Part shown: in pieces, positions 52,601 to 64,000 of the stretch
Position numbering within the stretch: the first letter of the stretch is position 1
Layout: every line of letters begins with the position of its first letter
Source: Octopus vulgaris
Taxonomy: Eukaryota
Length of the DNA stretch: 64,000 nt
Direction of reading: 5' to 3'
Assembly: GCA_951406725.2 (NCBI GenBank)
Contig: OX597819.1
Location: forward strand, 113,150,001 to 113,214,000
Notes under the pieces: generated by a model
What the model saw: the letters and a program-made list of their open reading frames with translations, nothing else
What the model was told of the DNA's origin: nothing
The model's database searches: none
Program-made: the position numbers and the translations under genes

Positions 52601-53354
52601 GGTGCGCGGAGTTCTTGACTGGTAGCACTTACATGTGCAAGTTGTTTGCAAGACATATACCACCTGAAAGAACACGTCTGCCAATCATTTTAACAAACGT
52701 TGTCTTTCTATAAGCTGTCTGGTGAAACGTATTTCTATGCGAAGTGCCATTGTCATCACTCTGCATTATATTTAACTGCAAAGAGACGTTAATGCGATTA
52801 CTGAGGCAAAATCTACAAACCGTCGGCTGGACTAAAAAGTCATCTTCACTTTTCAGCTTATTAGCAATCAACAGTCAGATATTACTGAGCCAACTTCCAT
52901 CATGTATCTGTCTATATATTCACCTATCTACTTCTTTCTCTTTCTCCTCCTCCAGCTCTCTTCCTCTCTCTCTCTCTCTCTCTCACGCTTTCTTTCTCTT
53001 CTTTCTCTCTCTCTCTTTCACCCCCTCTCTGTCTTGCTCTCTCTCCCTGTCTTTCTCACTTTTGCCCTGAATATATTCTTCACTGCTTCCTATATTGGGG
53101 CAGACAGATTTTGTCTAAACAATTTGCACTTATTGATAATGCCTAAGAAGGCCGAAATGTATCTGACCTTCTCGTTAGCCACTGCGATTTTTCGGATCCA
53201 TTCGAAAGCAACTGTATTTCTTCACACAGCACGTTTATAGGAGTTTATAACTCGAACAAAACATAAATGGCCCTATGTGCGTGGGGGTGCGTGTTTCTTG
53301 CGTCTATTCAGCTAAAGATTCTCAGATGAAGATTCTTTGACATGTATGTACACT

Positions 53355-53783
53355 TTCCTCTTTTACTCTTTTACTCTTTTACTCATTTCAGCCATTTGAT
53401 TGCGGCCATGCTGAAGCACCGCCTTTAGTCGAGGAAATCGACCTCAGGACTTATTCTTTGTAAGCTTAGTACTTATTCTATCGGTGTTTCTTTCAAAACT
53501 ATTAAGTTACAGGGACGTTAACACACCAACATCGGTTGTAAAACGATGTTAGGGAGGGGACAAAGACAGACACACAAACATATACACACACATACATATA
53601 CATATATATATATATACATATATACGACGGGCTTCTTTCAGTTTCCGTATACCAAATCCACTCACAAGGCTTTGGTCGGCCTGAGGTTATAGTAGAAGAC
53701 ACTTGCCCAAGGTGCCACACAATGGGACTGAACCCGGAACCATATGGTTGGTAAGCAAGCTACTTACCATACAGCCACTCCTA
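53355..53783 (-). mobile_element. SINE family A, full length
   Basis: Reverse-complement match including the (gagtaaaa)n tail. Confidence 0.9.
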
Positions 53784-53809
53784 TGTATGATTGTATGTAT
53801 GCATGTATT

Positions 53810-54090
53810 TGGCTTCGTGGTTAGGGTTTTCAGCTCACGATCGAAAGGTCGTGAGTTCGATACATGGCGGTACGTTCAGCCTTTGAACAAGGTACTTCAT
53901 TTCACGTTACTCCAGGCCACTCAGTTGGCAAAAATGAGTCGTACCAGTAATTCAAAGGGGTTCAGGCTTGTCATATTCTGCGTTTCGATGAATCTCCCTG
54001 AGAACTACATTAAGGTTACGCATATCCATGGAGTGCTCAACACGTTAATTTCAGGAGTAGGTTGTTCCGTTGATTAGATCAACTGGAACA
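53810..54090 (+). mobile_element. CORE-type SINE (family H head) carrying tail 2
   Basis: Head ggcttcgtggttagggt...gagttcgatac; 3' part ctgagaactacattaagg...gttccgttgattagatcaactggaac matches 22823-22980 (minus). Confidence 0.75.
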
Positions 54091-54118
54091 TATTTGTATA
54101 TATTTGTATATATATACA

Positions 54119-54206
<88 letters not shown>

Positions 54207-54646
54207 ATAGGATTAGCTCGTATACGAGTAGGTATATATTTGTAAAAAATGAAGTTCGAAAATGCTGCTATATTATACAGTTTTTAATTTTTATATATAC
54301 ATTATAACATGTTTCAGTTCCTGAAATGAACCTTATCAAAAAAAGTTATATATAAAAAAAGACAGCTCATGCCGTCAAACACAAGAAATTCATTTATAAT
54401 ACAACGGAGTCAGACATCTTAGAGTTCATGTATAGTTGATATATAGTTTGAAGTAAGTTCATTCATGCTATATGTTCAAAGTGTTCGATGCAGTGGCCCA
54501 CGGTGGCGATACGTATTCAATACAAAAAACAGATCAAAGTGGTGGAAAGCAGTCAATACAGAAGATTTTTACCTTAAGCAATTGTGATGACCCATGGTGG
54601 GTGTTCGCTGGGTATGTATGTATGTATGTATGTATGTATGTATGTA

Positions 54647-54718
<72 letters not shown>

Positions 54719-55311
54719 TATAGCTGGCAAATGAATGGAATGCCTGGTGTGTATTTTGTGGCTACCCACTCCTAAAAAAATGGGGAATAGGCCTGAGTAT
54801 ATAAAAAAAATAAAAGGTATTAGAACCCAGTATAAATATGGTTCATAATAAAGCATTATTTCACTTCAGAGCGTAATATGAAATTAAATAGATATCAAAG
54901 GAACAAGAATTACGCTATCAACTTCATTAGCTAATAGCTGTTTCTGCTATAAGTTGTGCACTCAGAGCTGATTGCTTATGCATCGCCTTTCCAAACGTGT
55001 GTGCGTTTGTATGTTTTTCCCTGACACCTTGTGACAGCCGATGTTGGTTTAAGCCCTTGTAACTTAGTGTTTCGGCAAAAGGAGACTGACAGAATAGGTA
55101 GCAATGTTTTAAAATAAATATAGTGATTGACTAACCTTTTTACGGTCATGCCCCAGCATGGCAGCAATCCAGTGACTGAAATCAATAAAAGAGTAAAAGA
55201 TTGTCTATGTGTGTGAGAACGAGAGAGAGAGGAAAAGAAACAATGAGAGTGAGAGAGAGAGTGAGAGAGAGACAGTATATGAGCGTGCGTGCGTGTGTGT
55301 GTGCGTGTGTT

Positions 55312-55356
<45 letters not shown>

Positions 55357-55824
55357 TTGTGCTAAGCCTCGAATACCGCATTTTGCTGTTGGGACCTTAC
55401 ATGTGGACATGTGTTAGTAGATAGAAAGATAGATTACCACAGAGACGGCGAGAGAGAGAGGGAGAGAGGTTAAAATGGAGAGAGACGAAGAGAGAAAGAG
55501 AGAGAAAGTATCACACCCCAGAACATGAAAAGCAACAGCATCACCAAGTGCACTATTGAATTTTCTCATGCATATTGTAGTGTTTGCGCATGTGCGTATC
55601 TATATATGTGTGAGTATGCGCGTGTGAGTGTGTGTGAGTCTGTATGTGGGTGTCTGTGAGTACGTGTGTGTATGTGCATATGTATATAATGTATGCAAGT
55701 ATTTGTGCATGTATTTGTGCATGTATGTATGCATATATATAATGTATGTGCACTTCAACGACAAGAGCAGTATAATTTATATGAAGCTTTGTGAAATAGA
55801 GATGAAAGTAATTTAGGAAGCGAT

Positions 55825-55856
<32 letters not shown>

Positions 55857-56024
55857 TTACACTCTTACTCACACGCAGTCACTCACACACACACTCATAT
55901 ACACATGTATATAAACATATATTTATGTATACGTATATGTATATACAATATATATGTGTGTGTGTGTATATATATATGAATATTATTATTATTATTATTA
56001 TTATTATTCATCACCATTATTATT

Positions 56025-56077
<53 letters not shown>

Positions 56078-56136
56078 TATTATTATCATTATTGTTATCA
56101 TCATCATCATCATCATCATCATCATTATTATTATTA

Positions 56137-56174
<38 letters not shown>

Positions 56175-57274
56175 GCGCACACATACATGCAGTCACACAC
56201 ACATGCGTACGCACATACAACATGTGTACATATATGCATATGTACAAATACGATATGTGTGTATGTACGTAAGTACATAAGTGTGCATTAACATTCGCAT
56301 TTCAGCATAAATTCATGTGTGTGTGTAGATATATGTATGTATATCTTTGTGCCTCTGTGTGCGTATATGTGTATGCGTGTGTGTGTGAGTTATGTTTGTA
56401 AGTATGTATGTGTATGTGTGTGTTAAACACGTTCTAATAGTAGACTAAACCCGAAAATAAAAGCTTGTTTTTGATAAAGTAGCTCTCTGTTCCACTGAAT
56501 AATATGGACGTCATATAAATATTAGATATATAGACCACACACACACCAACACTCATACAGATAGATACATACAGGCCTACATATACATAAAACTACACAG
56601 AAAAACCACTTAATCATATAACACATGTACACGCGTGTGCTCTCAAAGACAGAACCGCATTCACCGCCGCCATCATTGCCGCCCAATAGCTGCCAGTATA
56701 ACTGATACATTTGCGTGAGTTCAGTTCTGCAGACAATACATGCAATCCTGTAATTTTAGGGGGAAACTTTGATGTAAAATACGCATATATATATATGCAC
56801 CCACACGCTCATTCACACACAAATATAATATCTATGTATGTGCCAGTACGCGCATGACCATGTGTAGTGTGTGTAAATATGTATATGTTAACATGTATGT
56901 GTGCGTATGTTTTGTTGTACATATATATATATATGTGTGTGTATGTGTGGAACGTCTGCTACAAGCAATTCAATTATCTGTGATCGATGTTGCCATATTA
57001 AAAAGAGGCTGCAGGGTAGTGTTAAGAATGGATGAGAAGGAAAAAGGAAAGGAGGAGAGGGAAGGCTATATGCGTGCATGCGTCCATGTATGTTGATCGG
57101 TCTGTGTATATGTGTCTTACTGTGTACATGCTTGCATGTGTGCGCGCGTGTGTATGTACTTATAAATGTGTGTGTGTGTGTGTGTGTGTCTTAAAAACAT
57201 AAAAACAAGTAAATTACAATAGACATGATAGTCTTTGAGTTCTTGAACTATGTTCGTACACAGATCTATAAACG

Positions 57275-58029
57275 TAAGCATGGCGATGTGGTTCAGAAAC
57301 TCGCTTTGCCATCTCGTTGCTTCGGGTTCAATCCTGCTACGCAGCACCTTGGAAATGTGTCTTCTAATAAAAAGATCGATAGAATATGTACCAGGTTTTA
57401 AAAATAAGTATTTCGGTTGATTTGTTCGATTAAACCCTTCAAGGCGTCGCTACAGCATGGCCGTAGTCTAGTGACAGAACCAATGACGAAATAAAAGGAA
57501 AGGAAAAAAGACTGCTCGCATGTTTATAGCTTGCTGGGCCCAGCCATTACTGAATGGATAAAGGATCACTTCGCAATCCCTAGATCTCGTGTTCGACTCA
57601 ATTGCGTGACATCCTGGGCAAAATAACTTCAACAATAGACTCAGAATTGGTGCTGAGCCAGAAAGTTAAGTCACTTAGAGCCCCATTAATTATCAAGGCA
57701 AATCTGAAGTTATAGTCTGGGAGTAGCATTTACAGATTTACCATTCATTCGACATAGTTTAATTATTTATCTTTTCTCTTTGATTTTTTTTTTACTTGTT
57801 TCGGGAATTAGACTGCGGTCGTGCTGGAGCCCCGCCTTGAGGAATTATAGTCGAATGACTTGACCCACTCTCTAGTACTTCTTTTTCTTTTAAAGTTGGT
57901 ACTTATTCTATCAGTCTCTTTTGCCGAACTGCTAAGTTACAGGGACGTAAAATACCAACACCGGTTGTCAAGCGGTGATGGGGCACAAATACACACACAA
58001 GCACATACACACAAACGCACACACACACA

Positions 58030-58076
<47 letters not shown>

Positions 58077-58377
58077 TTCTTTATTAAACCTGCAAAAGCA
58101 TATTACTCTACCTTCGGTATTCGAGTACTATTTTTCAACCTTATTTCGCATTTATGTTCTTACTCGTATGTATGCGTATATATATATATGTGTGTGTGTC
58201 TGTGTGTGTGTATGATGGAATTATTTCAGTTTGCGCCTACCAAATCCACTCACAAGGCTTTGGTCGGCCCGAGGCAATAGTAGAAGACACTTGCTCAAGG
58301 TACCACGCAGTGAGACTGAACCTGGAACCATGAGGTTGGGAAGCGAGCTTCTTACCACACAGCCACTCTTATGCCTA
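57275..58377. mobile_element. Two oppositely oriented older family A SINEs
   Basis: 57275-57500 (+, deleted) and 57790-58377 (-). Confidence 0.75.
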
Positions 58378-58399
58378 TTTATTTATTTACATTTTATTT

Positions 58400-59300
58400 A
58401 TTTCCACTGTTAACATCAACTGAACAGCAGATTTCTCCCACTGTGCAGACTTCCTTTTCCTTTTCCAAGATCATATTGTTTTGACTGTTTTACTTATTAC
58501 ACATCAGAGGTTTTAGTAAATTGTTCCATCGATATTCTTTCACATTAGTATATGTGATTATGCCCGCCGCTTCGATCTATCTTCATATGTTTTAATCTTA
58601 AAGCCTATCCTTTCTACGGGCTACAGCGTAATTGATCTCTACAACAGCCCATATTTATCCTTTTCTGTTCCAAACAATTGTATCATGTCTACTACGCGTA
58701 CATTTCGTGGTTTTTATGGCGCCAAGAGTGACAACGCTTCATGTTTAACATGTTAGCATTAGTTTCAAATTTACAAGAAACAAACTTGTGCATTCATGTA
58801 TAATCTTTGAATGTGTGTCTATGCGGACATGTACAGTGGGTCCTCTCTTTGCTAAAGTACGCTAATCCAGTAATTCTGATGTCGCATGAAACGTGAGTAC
58901 TTTTTGAGGAATTCATTCTCTAGTCGTAAAACGTCGTCCTTTTCCTGTTTGAGCCCGTATTAAAATATCTATTTTCCCTGATGTTGTTCAGCAGATGCTG
59001 TCTGGGTATTATCATACAACACCCAAGGACTGATCTGAATTGATATTAAGCTTCTTTGCCCACTTTTCTTCTGAGATAAAATCTCTGAATATCACTGCTT
59101 CCATGTAAGCTTCCAGTTAATGTCAGCACTGTGCAGAGTTTTCATATCTATGGAGTGAATTTCCTCAAATGTTTTGGCACCAGCACTGATATTTCAAGTA
59201 TATTACAGGATATGAACTGAACTTATAAGAGGAAAGTTCCAACTGCCATATTTGTTTAAACTGGTATAACATTCTTCAATCACAATTTTGTTTGCATTCA
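58400..59300 (-). mobile_element. R4/Dong-clade LINE relic
   Basis: Minus strand EEIHSIDMKT...HGSSDIQRFYLRRKVG corresponds to ..DRKTR...HPKSD.DRLYL.R..GGRG; downstream RHDTIV; heavily frameshifted. Confidence 0.55.
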
Positions 59301-59328
59301 TATTTGCTAACGTGAGTGTGTGTGTGCT

Positions 59329-59373
<45 letters not shown>

Positions 59374-59697
59374 GTGTGTGTGTGTGTGTGTATGCGTGCG
59401 TGTGTATGTGTGAAAGAGAGGGAGAGAGAGTGTGTATTTATGTATACTTGTATGCGAGTGTATACGTAGGTTTTATATATATACCCACGCGTGCATGCAT
59501 GTGTGTAGATGCATGCATGTGTGTAGATGCAAGGATGTAACACACATACACACACATATACATACACACAAACATATATACATGCTCCTATGTCTATACG
59601 TTATACGTATGCACATATTTAAGAGTATTTCATATAGAATGTATTCCTACATCTTTATTACTGTATGTGTGTATTCGTGTATGTGTATATATATATA

Positions 59698-60928
59698 CAG
59701 ATGCGTAAGATATTTGAAGACAGATTTATGTTTATTAAAAAAAAACAGATATATAATAACAGATAATAACTTTATTTATCAAACAATGCAATCAGGATAA
59801 AAAAAAAACTTTCTTTTCTATAATGTTATTCAATAAATTCACCTTCAGCATCAACAACTGTTTCTATATGAGATCTAAATCATCTACATGCTCAATTCAA
59901 GTGGTCCTGGTTCATTTTGGACATTACTCTGACTATGGCAGCTTTCAAAGAATCTTTGGTGTTATGGGTGTGTTCATTGATCTCTCTTTCAACAACACTC
60001 CACATGTAATAGTCCGATTGATTGAGATCTGGGGAATTAGGAGGCCAAATGTTAGGGGTTATGTGATCATGAAAATTGTCATCCATGTGTGATAGTGCAG
60101 AGTCTTACTGAAACACATATGGCTTTCCATTGCATACACTGTCTATTCATTGCTTAACAATTATTTCCAGGACCTCAAGGTAGGCGGCAGATTTAACTCT
60201 AAGGCTTTGTTGAAAGAAGTAAGTAAGCATCACATGTCCTTCATTGCTGACAAACCCTAACACCATGAACAGTTGAAGGAAATTTTGTATGCATAACACT
60301 TGGAACTTCAGAAAGGTCTGCACATAACCATCTGTCATTTCTTCTGTTGAGTTTTTGATCTTGGTCGAAGTTTTTCTCGTATGAGAAAAACTAAATCAAA
60401 TCTGCTGGATTTTTCAGTTTGTTTAAGAGCCTTTTAGATCTGATGTAGTGATTTTCTTTTGCTTTTTCTAACAAATTGACCTTTCCTCATCATATAAGAC
60501 TTATATCTGATGTCTTCGTGGACAACATTTCTGACTGTTTATTCTGATACATGGAAATCTTTTGCAATTGACATCATAGACTTTCTGGGATTGTAATCAA
60601 TAGTCTATTGAACTTGCTGGATAAATTCAGGTGTTCTGATTATTTCAGAGCATTTAGAATGCTTTTATGCTTTGATATTGGTGATACGTTTCCATCTTCA
60701 GCACCTTACAAACTTCGTAGACGAAAGATCTGGCAACTTATAAAAATCGAGATATTTCTAAATCGCAATGCTCTGCCTCTATAACCACAATAACAGCATG
60801 CCCCTTCATTTCTTGAGTAAGCTGAGGGTCTACCATTATTATTTTCTGAAACAAAGATTATACAGAGTTAGCAAAAAATGCAGCAATGACCCAAAAATGG
60901 TATGTCCTCAACTACCTTATGCACCCTG
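59698..60928 (-). mobile_element. Near full-length decayed Tc1/mariner element, DD37D (maT)-like
   Basis: FFSYEKNFDQDQKLNRRNDRWLC...PYVFQ*DSA...WPPNSPDLNQSDYYMWSVVERE; degenerate TIRs cagatgcgtaagatatttgaagaca / tgtcctcaactaccttatgcaccctg; TA flanks. Confidence 0.88.
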
Positions 60929-61689
60929 TATACACACACACATACATATATATGTATTAATATGTTTGTGTATGTGTGTATGCATGTATATATGCCTGTA
61001 TGTTTTCATTTATGCTATAAACCATAAACCATAAACCACAACCCATTAACATACCCGTTCCGTATTTTTGCGACAGCCAGACTTCCAGACTTCCAGATGA
61101 CTTCCAGACTTGGTGTCTGCATGACGTCGTCTTATATGCAGTGATAAAACATCGTTAACAGATTTTCCACAGACAAAAGTCTACACTATGAACTCAAAGG
61201 AAACTTCCAGTTTGAAATACTCCCTCCGAATGAAACCCAAAACTGATGGGTGTTGATAGAAACGGTGCAGAATTGTATCGCTTGCCTCCACATCTGAAAA
61301 TGGATAAAAGGAAGGAAGGACTTGTAGGAAGAAATGGATTGGAAGTATACACGTCAGCTGTTGAATTATTTCCTAAACAAGGAAATGGAATATACGTACG
61401 TATACAGCCACTCATACGCACACAATATCACACACTCTACACACATCACACACATACACACACACGCACGCACATCACACATACCATCAATATAATTCAC
61501 ATTAACAACAGCAACAACAGCTTTCACAACAACCATATCAAATGAAGTAAGTTCGCTTTGTTATTTGAGTATCTCTAATCTTATTTGGATATTTATTTAG
61601 ATATAAATAGATATATATTTATCCATGTACACACACACACATACATATTAATGTGTGCATGTATGTATGTATGTATTTATGTATGTATG

Positions 61690-61809
<120 letters not shown>

Positions 61810-61841
61810 TACACATACACACACACATATACACATATAGT

Positions 61842-62250
61842 AGGCGCAGGCGTGGCTGTGTGTAAGAAGCTTGCTTCCCAACCACATAGTTCCAGGTTCA
61901 GTCCCACTACGTGGCACCTTGAGCAAGTGTCTTCTACTATTGCCTCTGGCCGACCAAAGTCTTGTGAATGGATTTGGTAGACGGAAACTGAAAGAAACTC
62001 GTCGTATGTATGTGCGTATGTGTGTATGTGTGTGTGTTTCAATGTTTGCCACCCCCCACCCCCAATTCTTGACAACTGATGTTGGTGTGTTTACGTTCCT
62101 GCAACTTAGTGGTTCGACAAAAATGACGGATAGAATAAGTACTAGGTTTTAAAAAATGAGCTCTGAGGTCGATTTGTTTGACTAAAATCTTTCGAGACGG
62201 TATTCCAGAATGGCCGCAATCAAATGACTGAAACAAGTAAAAGAATAAAG
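61842..62250 (+). mobile_element. SINE family A
   Basis: Match to 8738-9181. Confidence 0.88.
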
Positions 62251-62258
62251 GACTATAT

Positions 62259-62337
<79 letters not shown>

Positions 62338-62397
62338 TGTGTGTATGTATGTATGTATGTATGTATGTATGTATGTATGTATGTATGTATGTTTGTG

Positions 62398-62672
62398 TGG
62401 AGGCGCAATGGCCCAGTGATTAGAGCAGCGGACTCGCGGTCGTAGGATCGGGGTTTCGATTCCCAGACCGGGCGTTGCGAGTGTTTATTGAGTGAAAACA
62501 CCTAAAGCTCCATGAGGCTCCGACAGGCGGTGGTGGCAAACCCTGCTGTACTCTTTCACCACAACTTTCTCTCACTCCTTCTGTTGTACCTGTATTTCAA
62601 AGGGCCAGCCTTGTCACACTCTGTGTCACGCCGAATATCCCCGAGAACTACGTTAAGGGTACACGTTAAGGG
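62398..62672 (+). mobile_element. SINE family B with truncated tail 2
   Basis: Head plus ctgttgtacctgtatttcaaagggcc...gagaactacgttaagggta, the last 12 nt duplicated. Confidence 0.88.
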
Positions 62673-63284
62673 TATACTTCACATAGTGCTCGGTATTGTG
62701 CTCCGTACTCAATACAACTCTTCACACCCGGCACGGCATTCCGAAATCGACACTGCACTCTGCACTTGATATTCCACCTGACTCTACACTTCGCTCTGGA
62801 CACCACAAATAACAAAGCTCTCGTCTTTTCTACGGCTTTCATCCAGCTATTAGCACTGACCCAAGTCAAACTCAGTCTTTTGTGATTCAAGAAGTGTTTG
62901 GGGATTACGGACATCGACACGGAGTAGTCCCTAGCACCTATCACGATACTGCTTCTTTTAACAGTGAGTAGAATTGTGCAGGCACGAAATAGATAGCATA
63001 CCTGCTCAGAGCTTGATGAACTCGGCCTCCGAGTGTATTAGTAACTCTTAGAGCCAACGATAAAATGAATCCGATCCGATGTAACTAGAATATGAACCGC
63101 TAACGGCTCAGTTTCGCATGTTTTTTCTCCCAACTTAGTCATTTGTATTTTGAACATTGTAAAACTTTAGCTGAACCAGAAACCACCTGTAGTTGTAAAG
63201 CGAACTTTTGAACCAGAGACATATGCCTGCACCCATAAAGAATTGGAGAAAACTACAGAAATTTCTAGAGAATTATAGAGAGAC

Positions 63285-63730
63285 ATATAGGCGCAGAAGT
63301 GGCCATATAGGCGCAGGAGTGGCTATATAGGCGCAAGAGTGGCTGTGTGGTAAGTAGCTTGTTTACCAACCACATGGTTCCGGGTTCAGTCCCACTGCGT
63401 GGCACCTTGGGCAAGTGTCTTCTACTATAGCCCCGGGCCGACCAAAGCCTTGTGAGTGGATTTGGTAGACGGAAACTGAAAGAAGCCTGTCATATATATG
63501 TATATATATGTATGTGCGTGTATGTTTGTGTGTCTGTGTTTGTCCCCCTAGCATTGCTTGACAACCGATGCTGGTGTGTTTATGTCCCCGTCACTTAGCG
63601 GTTCAGCAAAAGAGTCCGATAGAATAAGTACTGGGCTTACAAAGAATAAGTCCCGGGGTCGAGTTGCTCGATTAAAGGCGGTGCACCAGCATGGCCGCAG
63701 TCAAAATGACTGAAACAAGTAAAAAGAGAA
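63285..63730 (+). mobile_element. SINE family A with triplicated 5' end
   Basis: atataggcgcag(a/g)agtggc-like unit x3, then a full body and tail. Confidence 0.92.
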
Positions 63731-64000
63731 AAAAAAGAGAGAAAGAGACATCGTAAGACAATTGAAATAACTATGGCGAGACATAGAGACAAAGCAGATA
63801 TTTGAGATGGAGAAAAGCTTAAATTTGGATTCCTTAAAATGGTCTGAAGGAATTAGCTGAGGGTAGTTTCTTTCATTGTCATAGAACCAAGAAAAGATTT
63901 CACGATCGAATCTCAGCCGTAACACCAAACTTAGAGTCGCAACAATGTTATACGATGCTTGCTAGCATGAGATTGAAAACAATTTCATGCTTTCTTTGAA

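Noticed and set aside
54303-54970. Hammerhead-like remnants at 54305-54345 and 54929-54969 (minus); also 10550-10605 (plus)
   Set aside because: GAAAC and stem II are present but the CUGAnGA box is mutated, deleted or missing; at best dead relics.
62666-63060. 92-aa minus ORF and unique-looking sequence
   Set aside because: No recognisable domain or splice structure; likely an unclassified repeat.

Overview
Very AT-rich eukaryotic (animal) DNA, most consistent with an octopus/coleoid cephalopod intronic or intergenic region. This assignment is inferred from the extreme (TA)n/(CA)n/(ATT)n load and the SINE repertoire. I found no host protein-coding exon, rRNA or intact tRNA gene. Almost all listed ORFs are microsatellite artefacts, SINE read-through or decayed transposon coding remnants. 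The window is a dense mosaic of: (i) at least four tRNA-derived SINE head types with interchangeable 3' tails; (ii) LINE relics (Tx1/L1, RTE, R4/Dong, Hero); (iii) Penelope-like (PLE) RT and GIY-YIG relics; (iv) DNA transposons (mariner DD34D, a maT/DD37D-like element, a hAT MITE, a GG-ended 8-bp-TSD MITE carrying telomeric CCCTAA, and non-autonomous Helitrons). The most interesting signal is a set of unrelated short non-coding elements carrying minimal type-I hammerhead ribozyme motifs (CUGAnGA...GAAA), often in inverted-repeat arrangement. One family joins a Pol III tRNA-like promoter to a hammerhead and abuts a Penelope RT fragment, making it a candidate SINE/retrozyme-like system mobilised by PLEs. 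Family labels A-H are my own, and boundaries of degenerate copies are approximate.
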